A DNA stretch of 64,000 nt from Eledone cirrhosa. Its lineage: Eukaryota. A model generated the notes under the pieces. That model saw only the letters and a list, made by a program, of their open reading frames with translations, had not been told where the DNA came from and made no database searches. The first letter of the stretch is position 1. Each line of letters opens with the position of its first letter. Below, one piece after another: positions 38,053 through 51,473 of this stretch. Location: the NCBI GenBank assembly GCA_964016885.1, contig OZ024764.1:9052001-9116000 (forward strand), given 5' to 3'. Made by a program: the position numbers and the translations under genes.

Positions 38053-38880
38053 GTTAGTACTGGCTGTCTGCCTGTCTATCATTCCCTATCAATCTAGCTA
38101 GCTGTCTGTCTCTCTATATGTCTGTCTGTCTGTCTCTCTATATGTCTAACTGTCTCTCTATATATCTATCTATCTATCTATCTGTCTCTCTCTCTCTCTC
38201 TGTCTTAAAGTCTATCTATCTATCTATCTATCTATCTATTTTACACGTTTTTATTGTATGTAAACTTCCCCCTTTTGTATTTGTCCCCTTCTTTTGTGCC
38301 CCTGTGGCTAATAAAGAAACATATCTATCTATCTATCTAGGGTGGGGGATAGGTTGTTGGGTGGGGTGGTGGTTTGTGGAAGTGTAGGGGCATCAGTGTG
38401 TTGTGTGGTTGGGGAGCTTGGAGTTGTGTGGGTGTTTGGGAAGGGGGTGGGGTAGTTTTTTAGGAGGACGCGGTTAATGGGCCCGACGCAGGGGGGACCC
38501 ACGTCCTCTTTAAAATTGTTTTTTAAAGTTTTATAGGTGTCCTGTGGGGCCTTAATCATTTTGAGGTGGGGGAAATCCCCTGCCTGGGTGAAGTTAGGCC
38601 CTTGTGTTTTTATTAGATTGTTGTTGTACACAATGTTTAACAGTTTTTTGTTTCTTGTGTTTATGTATGTGTATGCATGTTTTTGTTTTTGTGTGGTGTT
38701 TTTTGTTTGCTGTTGTTGTGTGCTCTTTTGTGTTGGTGTCAGTGTCATGTTTTGGGGAGGGCTTGTTTTCATTTGTGTGTCTAAGGTGTGTTTTCTTTTT
38801 TTTCTTTTGATTGTGTGGAAGTGCTCCTCCTCGTCTGACGACGAACTAGGGTCATCTATCTCTCTATCTATCTATCTATC

Positions 38881-39910
38881 GGTGTGGGCCCCGTTCGTGA
38901 GGCGAGCCTTCCCACGACTCGTCTCGCTGACCGAGCTGCAGTCCTGGGTCAAGCAAAGGCCGAGGAAAATGGGCGACTGGCACATCGAATGTGCTCAGGC
39001 GCTCACAGCCCTCTGGCAGGTGGACCCGGCGATCAGTGGAGACTCCACTTCGTCATTCTATAGAGGGTTGGTCCGCAGCAAGTGCGACGACGCGCTCGGT
39101 GAAACTCTAGGCATAGAGGAAGACGAACTGGCCAGTCTGTTCGGTAGGACAACTTCCAAAAGTCCCTGGCCTGGCAGTGCTACCGAGGAGCTCTACCAGT
39201 TCGAGACAAGCTCTACGGACATGGGCGCCCGGGCAGGGACCCTGCAAAAAAGATCTGTCCGAGGTGCGTGCGAGATGAAGAAACCGTCGCGCACGCATTC
39301 ATACACTGCCCGGGCGTCACTGACCTGTGGGGCTATGTAGAACGACTATTGTCGCGGGTGGGACCAATCCGGTTGACCACCGAGTCCATTGTCATGATCA
39401 AACCGCCACCCTCCTTCAAAAACGAAGGAGAGGCGGTTTTCCTTTGTGTGATAGCTATGGCGAAAGAGGTTGTATGGTGGACGAGGTTGAAAGGGCTGAG
39501 GTCAGACACCTTTCTCTCCGGCCAACAACTGATTCTTTTTTTCAAATACCACTTTGGAAGAAGAATCAGGATGGAGAGAGAGGTGCTGTACCCCAGCAAG
39601 TTTTATGAAAGGTGGGTGAAAGTGGCGAGAATGGCCCGAGTGAATGGGCCTTCTCTCTATATCAGCTTGTAGGTTGAGGAAAAGGAGGAGAGGAAAGGAG
39701 TACAAACTCTTCGTACTCCTGGAGATGAGGGTTGCACATTTTTTTTCGGGGGTATGTGTTACCCATATGTAATGTCTCCCCCTATTGGGGAAAATCGACT
39801 AATTTTTTAAATAGCATTTGTGATAACATTTTACACGTTTTTATTGTATGTAAACTTCCCCCTTTGTATTTGTCCCCTTCTTTTGTGCCCCTGTGGCTAA
39901 TAAAGAAACA
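38881..39910 (+). mobile_element. 5'-truncated L1/Tx1-clade element (zf-RVT C-terminus) flanked by (TCTA)n; more 3' fragments at 38238-38325 and 39998-40290
   Basis: ..KSLAWQCYRGALPVRDKL..CPRCVRDEETVAHAFIHC..LW.. with a frameshift; ends ggctAATAAAgaaac(atct)n. Confidence 0.82.
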
Positions 39911-40479
39911 TCTATCTATCTGTCTATCTATCTATCTAGCTAGCTGTCTGTCTTAAAGTATGTCTGTCTGTTTATTGCTCTATATGTCTATCTGTCTAGA
40001 ATGTGGCGAGAATGGCCCGAGTTATTGGGCCTTCTCTGTATATAAACCTGTAGGTTGAGGAAGAGGGCGTAAGGAAGAAAGGAGCACTTGCACAACACGC
40101 TCCTGGAGTTGAGGGTTGTTCTATCTACGGGGTATAAAACAACCCATTTGTAACGCCTCCCCTCTATTGGGGATTTTGATTGTTACATTTTAATGTTAAA
40201 ACATTTTTTTACACGACTATGTAAAATCCCCGCCATATGTCTTTGTATTATCCCCTTTTCTTGTGCGCCCTTGCGGCAAATATAGAAATCTATCTAAATA
40301 TCTATCTGTCTGTCTGTTTATCTATTTATCTGTCTGTCTGTTTCCCTATCTATCTATCTACCTATCATGCGAAGACATTCTGGTGGAAACTCTAGGCATC
40401 GAAGAAAAAGGAAAAAAACAATGGAGAGACAGACTGTCTCATCTCCTCAGTCAACCTCTAGAAATCACTACAGTTTTGG

Positions 40480-40665
40480 TTCATTAAGGTTGATACTCTA
40501 CATTCCAGTGCATATTGGGACATAACAAAACAGTATACACACAGACACACACATATATATATCAAAATTTTAATTGCTCTGCACTTTTTTATACAGCTGT
40601 TGTCCTTCATAAGCATCACATGCCCATACCAACGCACTCTCCTCTCCAGAACACTACATTTGATA
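40480..40665 (-). mobile_element. RTE LINE fragment
   Basis: IRGIKCSVLERRVRWYGHVMLMKDNSCIKKCR. Confidence 0.6.
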
Positions 40666-41029
40666 CCTCTTATATATATATATATATATATAAATATATA
40701 AGAAGAGGCCAGCTGTAGTAAATTTGAATTAATTTTTCCCCCTTTTTTCAGTAGGAAAACAGACTTCATTATGGGTGAGTACCCTAGAAAATGTTGAAAA
40801 TTAGGTAGAAGGGAATCTTTATTTTTTCTGCCTCTCTGTCCATGCTACCCCTTAAATAACCTTGGCCCTTGTTTACTACTTCACCCTGTCTCCCCCAACC
40901 CTCAACCCACTAATTAATTTGCAATATTCCACCCCTGTGTCACTGCACCCCTTTTTCCACATTTCCACCCTCAAGCCATTCCCTGCCAATATTTGATAGA
41001 ACTGATCTAAATTGTGGGGTTTTTTGGTT

Positions 41030-41570
<541 letters not shown>

Positions 41571-41679
41571 TATTTATCATCTTCATTACAGTTTAACATC
41601 TATTTTCCATGCTTATTATTATAATAATATTGTCCCTCCCTCATTTTTTTAATTTTCCTTTAATTTCTCCACCATATAG

Positions 41680-41834
41680 TGGGGCCTTGTGCCTTGGAAT
41701 ATACCAAGATGAAAACAACAGACCATTACTGGACAGACCCTCCCGCTGACGAACTTGTTCAAAGGCATCGTATTCACAGTGGAGCTACCCATCACCTCGC
41801 TGGTCCTGGATCTCCAAAAAGGCCTGGTTTACAA
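41680..41834 (+). CDS. SGSM1/SGSM2: SGSM1/2 exon: (V)[51 protein letters not shown]
   Basis: atatag| acceptor, CAA|gtaagg donor, phase 1 to 0. Near-identical to the [31 protein letters not shown] motif. Confidence 0.96.
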
Positions 41835-41917
41835 GTAAGGAGACATTTTGATTCACACAAACTCAAACCCCATTTTTATTTCTTTTTGCAGATGCCTTTT
41901 GTTAATCATCTTCTTTG

Positions 41918-43088
41918 ATTCTTTCCAGAGACATTCTAACCACATGTCTGTAGTATCAGAGCTGTGGTCTCTCAATCCAGAGATTCTTTCCTGAGACATT
42001 CTAACCACATGTCTGTAGTATCAGAGCTGTGATCTCTCAATCCAGAGATTCTTTCCTGAGACATTCTAACCACATGTCTGTAGTATCAGAGCTGTGATCT
42101 CTCAATTCAGAGATACTTTCCTCAGACATTCTAACCACATGTCTGTAGTATCGGAGCTGTGATCTCTCAATTCAGAGATTCTTTCCTGAGACATTCTAAC
42201 CACATGTCTGTAGTATCAAAGCTGTGATCTCTCAATTCATAGATTCTTTCTTGAGACATTCTAACCATATGTCTGTAGTATCAGAGCTGTGATCTCTCAA
42301 TTCAGAGATTCTTTCTTGAGACATTCTAACCACATGTCTGTAGTATCAGAGCTGTGATATCTCAATTCAGAGATTCTTTCCTGAGACATTCTAACCACAT
42401 GTCTGTAGTATCAGAGCTGTGATCTCTCAATTCAGAGATTCTTTTGTGAGACATTCTAACCACATGTCTGTAGTATCAGAGCTGTGATCTCTCAATTCAG
42501 AGATACTTTCCTCAGACATTCTAACCACATGTCTGTAGTATCGGAGCTGTGATCTCTCAATTCAGAGATTCTTTCCTGAGACATTCTAACCACATGTCTG
42601 TAGTATCAGAGCTGTGATCACTCAATTCAGAGATTCTTTCCTGAGACATTCTAACCACATGTCTGTAGTATCAGAGCTGTGATCTCTCAATTCAGAGATT
42701 CTTTCCTGAGACATTCTAACCACATGTCTGTAGTATCAGAGCTGTGATCTCTCAATTCAGAGATTCTTTTGTGAGACATTCTAACCACATGTCTGTAGTA
42801 TCAGAGCTGTGATCTCTCAATTCAGAGATACTTTCCTCAGACATTCTAACCACATGTCTGTAGTATCAGAGCTGTGGTCTCTCAATTCAGAGATTCTTTC
42901 CTGAGACATTCTAACCACATGTCTGTAGTTTCAGAGCTGTGATCTCTCAATTCAGGGATTCTTTCCTGAGACATTCTAACCACATGTCTGTAGTATCAGA
43001 GCTGTGATCTCTCAATTTAGAGATTCTTTCCTGAGACATTCTAACCACATGTCTGTAGTATCAGAGCTGTGGTCTCTTAATTCAGAGA
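41918..43088 (-). repeat. Third array of the 65-bp RTE-derived satellite, about 18 copies
   Basis: Same unit and junction as the 34 kb array; continues into RTE sequence at 43089-43133. Confidence 0.93.
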
Positions 43089-43141
43089 AGTGGCTCTACA
43101 TGGTGTTACTCTCTCATCTCCAAGTTTCTCACTCTATAGAG

Positions 43142-43557
43142 CAGTGTTTTTTTCTCAACCGGAGTTACCCGAAAGCCTAGGGTGCCGCAAGAGGTCACTA
43201 GGGGTTCCGCGAGGAACAGTGATAAAAAGGTTATTGAATTTAGATATTAATAATTGTTTCTACTTTTGGCACAAGGCCAGCAAATACCCCAGTGCATTAC
43301 TGGTACTTTATTTTATCAACCTTGTAAGGATGAAAGGCAAAGTTAACCTCGGCGGGATTTGAACTCAGAATGGCAAGGGCCGTAACTCTATGCGTCAAAG
43401 CATGGCGTCCGACCCTCTACCGGTACTGCCAATCCACCGCCCCTTTAGATATTAATAATGGTATATAATATTTTTTATCCGGGGGTTCCCCGAGACATGG
43501 AAACTATTTCAAGGGTTCCTTGGGGGGGGGGGGGGGTAAAGAGGTTGAGAAACGCTG
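43142..43557. mobile_element. hAT-type MITE inserted in the RTE relic, containing a nested SINE B (about 43255-43443, -)
   Basis: TIRs cagtgttt..ctcaacc/ggttgagaaacgctg; 8-bp TSD ctatagag. SINE TSD tttagatattaataat (43239-43254, 43444-43459). Confidence 0.87.
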
Positions 43558-43565
43558 CTATAGAG

Positions 43566-45230
43566 TAATGTTACTTCAAAGACCTTTTGGAGAAGCCCCA
43601 TTTTGGCTTTTACACAAGTTTGACTTTTACGCTTACCTCCCTTCTTCCGATAGCCGAATGCTGAAGCTGGCACATTACTGCCCCAGCTCCTGCCTTTCTT
43701 GCCCCTAAATCAGCCTCCTGCCTTCCATCAGTCGTGAACATGGCCCCGAGATACCTTTAATCCGTATGTGCAACATCCGGTACTTCCTATGTACGAAAAG
43801 TTACATTTTTCACATGTGTCCTTCTAGACCACATACACTCTCATGCACACTTCTGCGTTGGTGATGGGTCAATTAGGAAGTATGAACATATGTAGGTCGG
43901 TGTCTGTAGAGTAGTCCCCTCAATGAAGGTCCCGAGTCAAAGACCTTTTGGAGAAGCCCCATTTTGGCTTTTACACAAGTTTGACTTTAACGCCTACCTC
44001 CCTTCTTCCGATTGCCGAATGCTGAAGCTGGCACATTTACTGCCCCAGCTCCTGCCTTTCTTGCCCCTAAATCAGCCTCCTGCCTTCCATCAGTCGTGAA
44101 CATGGCCCCCGAGATGCTTCAACTTCTCTACCGGCTTCAGTGGAACTCCATTCACATGTGGTGCACTGCTCCTGCCTTCCATCAGTCGTGAACATGGCCC
44201 CCGAGATGCTTCAACTTCTCTACCGGCTTCAGTGGAACTCCATTCACATGTGGTGCACTGCTCCTGCCTTCCATCAGTCGTGAACATGGCCCCCGAGATG
44301 CTTCAACTTCTCTACCGGCTTCAGTGGAACTCCATTCACATGTGGTGCACTGCTCCTGCCTTCCATCAGTCGTGAACATGGCCCCCGAGATGCTTCAACT
44401 TCTCTACCGGCTTCAGTGGAACTCCATTCACATGTGGTGCACTGCTCCTGCCTTCCATCAGTCGTGAACATGGCCCCCGAGATGCTTCAACTTCTCTACC
44501 GGCTTCAGTGGAACTCCATTCACATGTGGTGCACTGCTCCTGCCTTCCATCAGTCGTGAACATGGCCCCCGAGATGCTTCAACTTCTCTACCGGCTTCAG
44601 TGGAACTCCATTCACATGTGGTGCACTGCTCCTGCCTTCCATCAGTCGTGAACATGGCCCCCGAGATGCTTCAACTTCTCTACCGGCTTCAGTGGAGCTC
44701 CATTCACATGTGGTGCACTGCTCCTGCCTTCCATCAGTCGTGAACATGGCCCCCGAGATGCTTCAACTTCTCTACCGGCTTCAGTGGAACTCCATTCACA
44801 TGTGGTGCACTGCTCCTGCCTTCCATCAGTCGTGAACATGGCCCCCGAGATGCTTCAACTTCTCTACCGGCTTCAGTGGAACTCCATTCACATGTGGTGC
44901 ACTGCTCCTGCCTTCCATCAGTCGTGAACATGGCCCCCGAGATGCTTCAACTTCTCTACCGGCTTCAGTGGAACTCCATTCACATGTGGTGCACTGCTCC
45001 TGCCTTCCATCAGTCGTGAACATGGCCCCCGAGATGCTTCAACTTCTCTACCTGCTTCAGTGGAACTCTATTCACATGTGGTGCACTGCTCCTGCCTTTC
45101 TTGCACCTAAATCAGCCTCCTGCCTTCCATCAGTTGTGAACATGGCCCCCCGAGATACTTCAGTGGAACTCCATTCACATGTGGTGCACTGCTTGGTCAG
45201 CCTTCCTTAAGAGGGCGAGTGTCTCAGTTT
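43566..45230 (-). mobile_element. Rex3-like RTE RT relic with a segmental duplication and a 92-bp satellite (about 44078-45190, ~12 copies)
   Basis: Minus strand VNGVPLKPVEKLKHLG / MFTTDGRQE..ARKAGAGAVMCQL..REVSVKVKL, which resembles the RTE 'VEEFKYLGV.FTSDGR.E' region. ORFs repeat every 92 nt. Confidence 0.8.
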
Positions 45231-45247
45231 TTGCAGCACTGATTTTA

Positions 45248-46075
45248 TAATAATAATAATAATGAAATTATTGTGTAAAGTGCTCAGGTGCACTACAACT
45301 CGTCAATATAGTACATAGAATAATACACGAATGTCAGGGAAGTACATGTGTGTATGTGTTAGCTGTAGTGTTGGCGGCTCTCGGGAAGCATGGAGGCCTT
45401 AAAGGATGCAGTGTCTCGACAGCTAACAACTGATGCAGGTAGTTTGTTCCATGGAGGTTTTAAAGGATGCAGTGTCTCGACAGCTAACAACTGATGCAGG
45501 TAGTTTGTTCCATGGAGGTTTTAAAGGATGCAGTGTCTCGACAGCTAACAACTGATGCAGGTAGTTTGTTCCATGGAGGCCTTAAAGGGTGCAGTGTCTC
45601 GACAGCTAACAACTGATGCAGGTAGTTTGTTCCATGGAGGCCTTAAAGGATGCAGTGTCTCGACAGCTAACAACTGATGCAGGTAGTTTGTTCCATGGAG
45701 GCCTTAAAGGATGCAGTGTCTCGACAGTTAACAACTGATGCAGGTAGTTTGTTCCATGGAGGTTTTAAAGGATGCAGTGTCTCGACAGTTAACAACTGAT
45801 GCAGGTAGTTTGTTCCATGGAGGTTTTAAAGGATGCAGTGTCTCGACAGCTAACAACTGATGTAGGTAGTTTGTTCCATGGAGGGTTTAAAGGATGCAGT
45901 GTCTCGACAGCTAACAACTGATGCAGGTAGTTCGTTGCATGGAGGTTTTAAAGGATGCAGTGTCTCGACAGCTAACAACTGATGCAGATAGTTTGTTCCA
46001 TGCTTCAGCAACTCTGAGCGTGAAAAAATGTTTCCGAAAGTCATGGGAACTGTGCTGTTTTCTTACTTTGTGGGC
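45248..46075 (-). mobile_element. CR1-type LINE 3' end with a 61-bp segment amplified about 10x (45389-46000)
   Basis: KQHSSHDFRKHFFTLRVAEAWNKL.ASVVSCRDTASFK; tail gagttgtagtgcacctgagcac..(att)n. Confidence 0.82.
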
Positions 46076-46143
46076 ATTTTCATTCCAGCTGGCTTGTTCC
46101 TATATATATATATACATACATACAGGTATATATATATATATAT

Positions 46144-46314
46144 AACAAAGGAAGTGTGGTAAGGAACCAGATGGACCATAACGCACCAGAGTACTCAGTA
46201 CTTAGGGTAGTAGAGTGGGTAATAGGAAAATGTTTAACCCCGACATCAGTGCTCAGTCCAGAAATAGCCGTCAAAACGGCTTGAGCTCTGCCGTCAGGGT
46301 TAAATATTTTCCTA
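46144..46314. mobile_element. Fold-back element of the 30894/31565 family
   Basis: taggaaaatgtttaaccccgac / gtcagggttaaatattttccta inverted pair; extended left arm. Confidence 0.7.
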
Positions 46315-46322
46315 TATATATA

Positions 46323-46500
46323 TATGGTGGCTGCCAACTCGTTTTCGAGTACGGCCACTACTTTATATCTATGTAGGAGAACCCCTACCGATGCGCTGAA
46401 CGAGTGTGACTTTTTAGTCTAGCCAGCGACTTGAAAACTCTGGTACAAACACTACACTTGTGACAATTATTGACACATAGCCTTTGGTACCATGTGACGA
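46323..46500 (-). mobile_element. 3' end of a zinc-finger RTE related to 6253-8800
   Basis: CSVCTRVFKSLARLKSHTRSAHR* then tggccgtactcgaaaacgagttggcagccacca. Confidence 0.75.
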
Positions 46501-46841
46501 CAAGTACAGAGAGATCTCCAGATATAAAGCAATGCCTGTGCCGTGAAGCTTTTATAGTGAGCAAAGGCACTGCACAAAGCCAGTCCCACTCTCTTAACCA
46601 AGATGATATTTACCAAAAAGAAGAACAAGTCAACATCATTGGATACCATCAGGGTTGCAGGTGTTATATCAGAGTTTTCCTTCTCCTAGATTTCTGCCTT
46701 GACAAAGGCTAAGGGGTCATCTCTCCCAGTGATTTTGGATGGCTATTGACTCTTAAGAGCTCCTTTGCCCTTTGACAGGTTTTGTTTTTAGTCCTGCAGG
46801 ATGTCCAAAGTCACCCTCCTCACCAAAAACCCTATTGCCCT

Positions 46842-46919
46842 TATATATGTACAACAAGCCCATTATCTCTATACAACCGTTATATATGTACAACAAGCCT
46901 GTTTTCTCTATATAGCCAT

Positions 46920-46951
<32 letters not shown>

Positions 46952-47403
46952 CAACTGTTATATATATGTATAACAAGCCTGTTATCTCTATACAACCATT
47001 ATATATATATATATATATATATGTACAACAAGCCCATTATCTCTATACAACTGTTATATATGTACAACAATCTCTATACAGCTGTTATATATGTACAACA
47101 AGCCTGTTTTCTCTATATAGCCATTATAAATATATATAGATATATAAATATATATATATACAACTGTTATATATATGTATAACAAGCCTGTTATCTCTAT
47201 ACAACCATTATATATATATATATGTACAACAAGCCCATTATCTCTATACAACCGTTATATATGTACAACAATCTCTATACAACCGTTATATATGTACAAC
47301 GAGCCTGTTTTCTCTATATAGCCATTATAAATATATATAGATATATATATATATATACAACTGTTATATATATGTATAACAAGCCTGTTATCTCTATACA
47401 ACC

Positions 47404-47437
<34 letters not shown>

Positions 47438-47997
47438 ACAAGCCCATTATCTCTATACAACTGTTATATATGTACAACAATCTCTATACAGCTGTTATAT
47501 ATGTACAACAAGCCTGTTTTCTCTATATAGCCATTATAAATATATATAGATATATAAATATATATATATACAACTGTTATATATATGTATAACAAGCCTG
47601 TTATCTCTATACAACCATTATATATATATATATATATGTACAACAAGCCCATTATCTCTATACAACCGTTATATATATATATATGTACAACAAGCCCATT
47701 ATCTCTATACAACCGTTATATATGTACAACAATCTCTATACAACCGTTATATATGTACAACAAGCCTGTTTTCTCTATATAGCCATTATAAATATATATA
47801 GATATATAAATATATATATATACAACTGTTATATATATGTATAACAAGCCTGTTATCTCTATACAACCATTCGGCCCTTGCCATTCTGAGTTCAAATCCC
47901 GCCGAGGTTAACTTTGCCTTTCATCCTTATGGGGTCGATAAAATAAAGTACCAGTAATGTACTGGATAATTGCTGGCCTTGTGCCAAAAGTAGAAAC

Positions 47998-48028
<31 letters not shown>

Positions 48029-48410
48029 CAACAAGCCCATTATCTCTATACAACTGTTATATATGTACAACAATCTCTATACAGCTGTTATATATGTACA
48101 ACAAGCCTGTTTTCTCTATATAGCCATTATAAATATATATAGATATATAAATATATATATATACAACTGTTATATATATGTATAACAAGCCTGTTATCTC
48201 TATACAACCATTATATATATATATATATATGTACAACAAGCCCATTATCTCTATACAACCGTTATATATGTACAACAATCTCTATACAACCGTTATATAT
48301 GTACAACAAGCCTGTTTTCTCTATATAGCCATTATAAATATATATAGATATATATATATATATACAACTGTTATATATATGTATAACAAGCCTGTTATCT
48401 CTATACAACC

Positions 48411-48448
<38 letters not shown>

Positions 48449-49094
48449 ACAAGCCCATTATCTCTATACAACTGTTATATATGTACAACAATCTCTATAC
48501 AGCTGTTATATATGTACAACAAGCCTGTTTTCTCTATATAGCCATTATAAATATATATAGATATATAAATATATATATATACAACTGTTATATATATGTA
48601 TAACAAGCCTGTTATCTCTATACAACCATTATATATATATATATATATGTACAACAAGCCCATTATCTCTATACAACCGTTATATATATATATATGTACA
48701 ACAAGCCCATTATCTCTATACAACCGTTATATATGTACAACAATCTCTATACAACCGTTATATATGTACAACAAGCCTGTTTTCTCTATATAGCCATTAT
48801 AAATATATATAGATATATAAATATATATATATACAACTGTTATATATATGTATAACAAGCCTGTTATCTCTATACAACCATTACATATATATGTACAACA
48901 AGCCCATTATCTTTATACAACCGTTATATATATGTATAACAAGCCTGTTATCTCTATATAGCCATTATAAATATATATAGATATATATATATATATATAT
49001 ATACAACTGTTATATATATGTATAACAAGCCTGTTATCTCTATACAACCATTATATATATATATATGTACAACAAGCCCATTATCTCTATACAG
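46842..49094. repeat. Complex tandem repeat (tatatgtacaacaagcc..tctctatacaac) ending at an exon acceptor; SINE B fragment inserted at 47872-48003
   Basis: Direct inspection; the last unit supplies ..tctctatacag|. Confidence 0.9.
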
Positions 49095-49235
49095 CAAGTC
49101 CGTCGTCATACTAGTTCAAGTAGTGAGGAAAGCACAAAAGGACAACATGTTTCAGCGAAAGAATACGTTGAATCTTTGCACCAGAACTCCAAAAATACGC
49201 TCCTGTATGGTAAAAACAACGTTCTCGTCCAACCA
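49095..49235 (+). CDS. SGSM1/SGSM2: SGSM1/2 exon: QVRRHTSSSSEESTKGQHVSAKEYVESLHQNSKNTLLYGKNNVLVQP
   Basis: atacag| acceptor, CCA|gtaagt donor, 141 nt, phase 0 to 0. VESLHQNS..LLYGKN.VLVQP starts the SGSM PH-like (RBD) domain. Confidence 0.95.
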
Positions 49236-49286
49236 GTAAGTATTGCTCATGTTGTTGCTGTTGGTGTGTGTATAAAAAAGTATCTA

Positions 49287-51440
49287 AAGTCTGTTTCGAG
49301 CCCATCAGGCGAGTGCTTGTCCCACTTTCATTGGTATTAAGTGACTGAGAGTACAAGACTGCCCCCTAGAAAGGAGAGCAGTCCATCTCAGGTTTAAGTC
49401 TGTTTCAAGTCCAGAGGCCCATCAGGCGAGTGCTTGTCCCACTTTCATTGGTGTTAAGTGACTGAGAGTACAAGACTGCCCCCTAGAAAGGAGAGCAGTC
49501 CATCACAGGCTTAAGTCTGTTTCAAGTCCAGAGGCCCATCAGGCGAGTGCTTGTCCCAGTTTCATTGGTATTAAGTGACTGAGAGTACAAGACTGTCCCC
49601 TAGAAAGGACAGCAGTCCATCTCAGGTTTAAGTCTGTTTCAAGTCCAGAGGCCCATCAGGCCAGTGCTTGTTCCAGTTTCATTGGTGTTAAGTGACTGAG
49701 AGTACAAGACTGTCCCCTAGAAAGGACAGCAGTCCATCTCAGGTTTAAGTCTGTTTCAAGTCCAGAGGCCCATCAGGCCAGTGCTTGTCCCACTTTCATT
49801 GGTGTTAAGTCACTGAGAGTACAAGACTGTCCCCTAGAAAGGACAGCAGTCCATCTCAGGTTTAAGTCTGTTTCAAGTCCAGAGGCCCATCAGGCGAGTG
49901 CTTGTCCCACTTTCATTGGTATTAAGTGACTGAGAGTACAAGACTTCCCCCTAGAAAGGACAGCAGTCCATCTCAGGTTTAAGTCTGTTTCAAGTCCAGA
50001 GGCCCATCAGGCCAGTGCTTGTCCCACTTTCATTGGTATTAAGTGACTGAGAGTACAAGACTGCCCCCTAGAAAGGACAGCAGTCCATCTCAGGTTTAAG
50101 TCTGTTTCAAGTCCAGAGGCCCATCAGGCCAGTGCTTGTCCCACTTTCATTGGTGTTAAGTGACTGAGAGTACAAGACTGTCCCCTAGAAAGGACAGCAG
50201 TCCATCTCAGGTTTAAGTCTGTTTCAAGTCCAGAGGCCCATCAGGCGAGTGCTTGTCCCACTTTCATTGGTATTAAGTGACTGAGAGTACAAGACTGTCC
50301 CCTAGAAAGGACAGCAGTCCATCTCAGGTTTAAGTCTGTTTCAAGTCCAGAGGCCCATCAGGCGAGTGCTTGTTCCAGTTTCATTGGTGTTAAGTGACTG
50401 AGAGTACAAGACTGTCCCCTAGAAAGGACAGCAGTCCATCTCAGGTTTAAGTCTGTTTCAAGTCCAGAGGCCCATCAGGCCAGTGCTTGTCCCACTTTCA
50501 TTGGTGTTAAGTGACTGAGAGTACAAGACTGTCCCCTAGAAAGGACAGCAGTCCATCTCAGGTTTAAGTCTGTTTCAAGTCCAGAGGCCCATCAGGCGAG
50601 TGCTTGTCCCACTTTCATTGGTATTAAGTGACTGAGAGTACAAGACTGTCCCCTAGAAAGGACAGCAGTCCATCTCAGGTTTAAGTCTGTTTCAAGTCCA
50701 GAGGCCCATCAGGCCAGTGCTTGTTCCAGTTTCATTGGTGTTAAGTGACTGAGAGTACAAGACTGTCCCCTAGAAAGGACAGCAGTCCATCTCAGGTTTA
50801 AGTCTGTTTCAAGTCCAGAGGCCCATCAGGCCAGTGCTTGTCCCACTTTCATTGGTATTAAGTGACTGAGAGTACAAGACTGCCCCCTAGAAAGGACAGC
50901 AGTCCATCTCAGGTTTAAGTCTGTTTCAAGTCCAGAGGCCCATCAGGCCAGTGCTTGTCCCACTTTCATTGGTGTTAAGTGACTGAGAGTACAAGACTGT
51001 CCCCTAGAAAGGACAGCAGTCCATCTCAGGTTTAAGTCTGTTTCAAGTCCAGAGGCCCATCAGGCGAGTGCTTGTCCCACTTTCATTGGTATTAAGTGAC
51101 TGAGAGTACAAGACTGTCCCCTAGAAAGGACAGCAGTCCATCTCAGGTTTAAGTCTGTTTCAAGTCCAGAGGCCCATCAGGCCAGTGCTTGTCCCACTTT
51201 CATTGGTATTAAGTGACTGAGAGTACAAGACTGCCCCCTAGAAAGGACAGCAGTCCATCTCAGGCTTAAGTCTGTTTCAAGTCCAGAGGCCCATCAGGTC
51301 AGTGCTTGTCCCACTTTCATTGGTGTTAAGTGACTGAGAGTACAAGACTGCCCCCTAGAAAGGACAGCAGTCCATCTCAGGCTTAAGTCTGTTTCAAGTC
51401 CAGAGGCCCATCAGGCAAGTGCTTGTCCCAGTTTCATTGG
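49287..51440. repeat. 117-bp minisatellite, about 18 copies, probably from a SINE 3' region
   Basis: aagtctgtttcaagtcc recurs at 49396, 49513, 49630 and onward. gcccatcagg..gcttgtccca..cccctag..agtccatc resembles invertebrate SINE tails (from memory). Confidence 0.92.
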
Positions 51441-51473
51441 ATAAACAACACTCTTCTGCAACCATATATATAT

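Noticed and set aside
44090-45023. Tandem family of nine 65-aa genes
   Set aside because: Artefact of a 92-bp satellite from RTE RT sequence.
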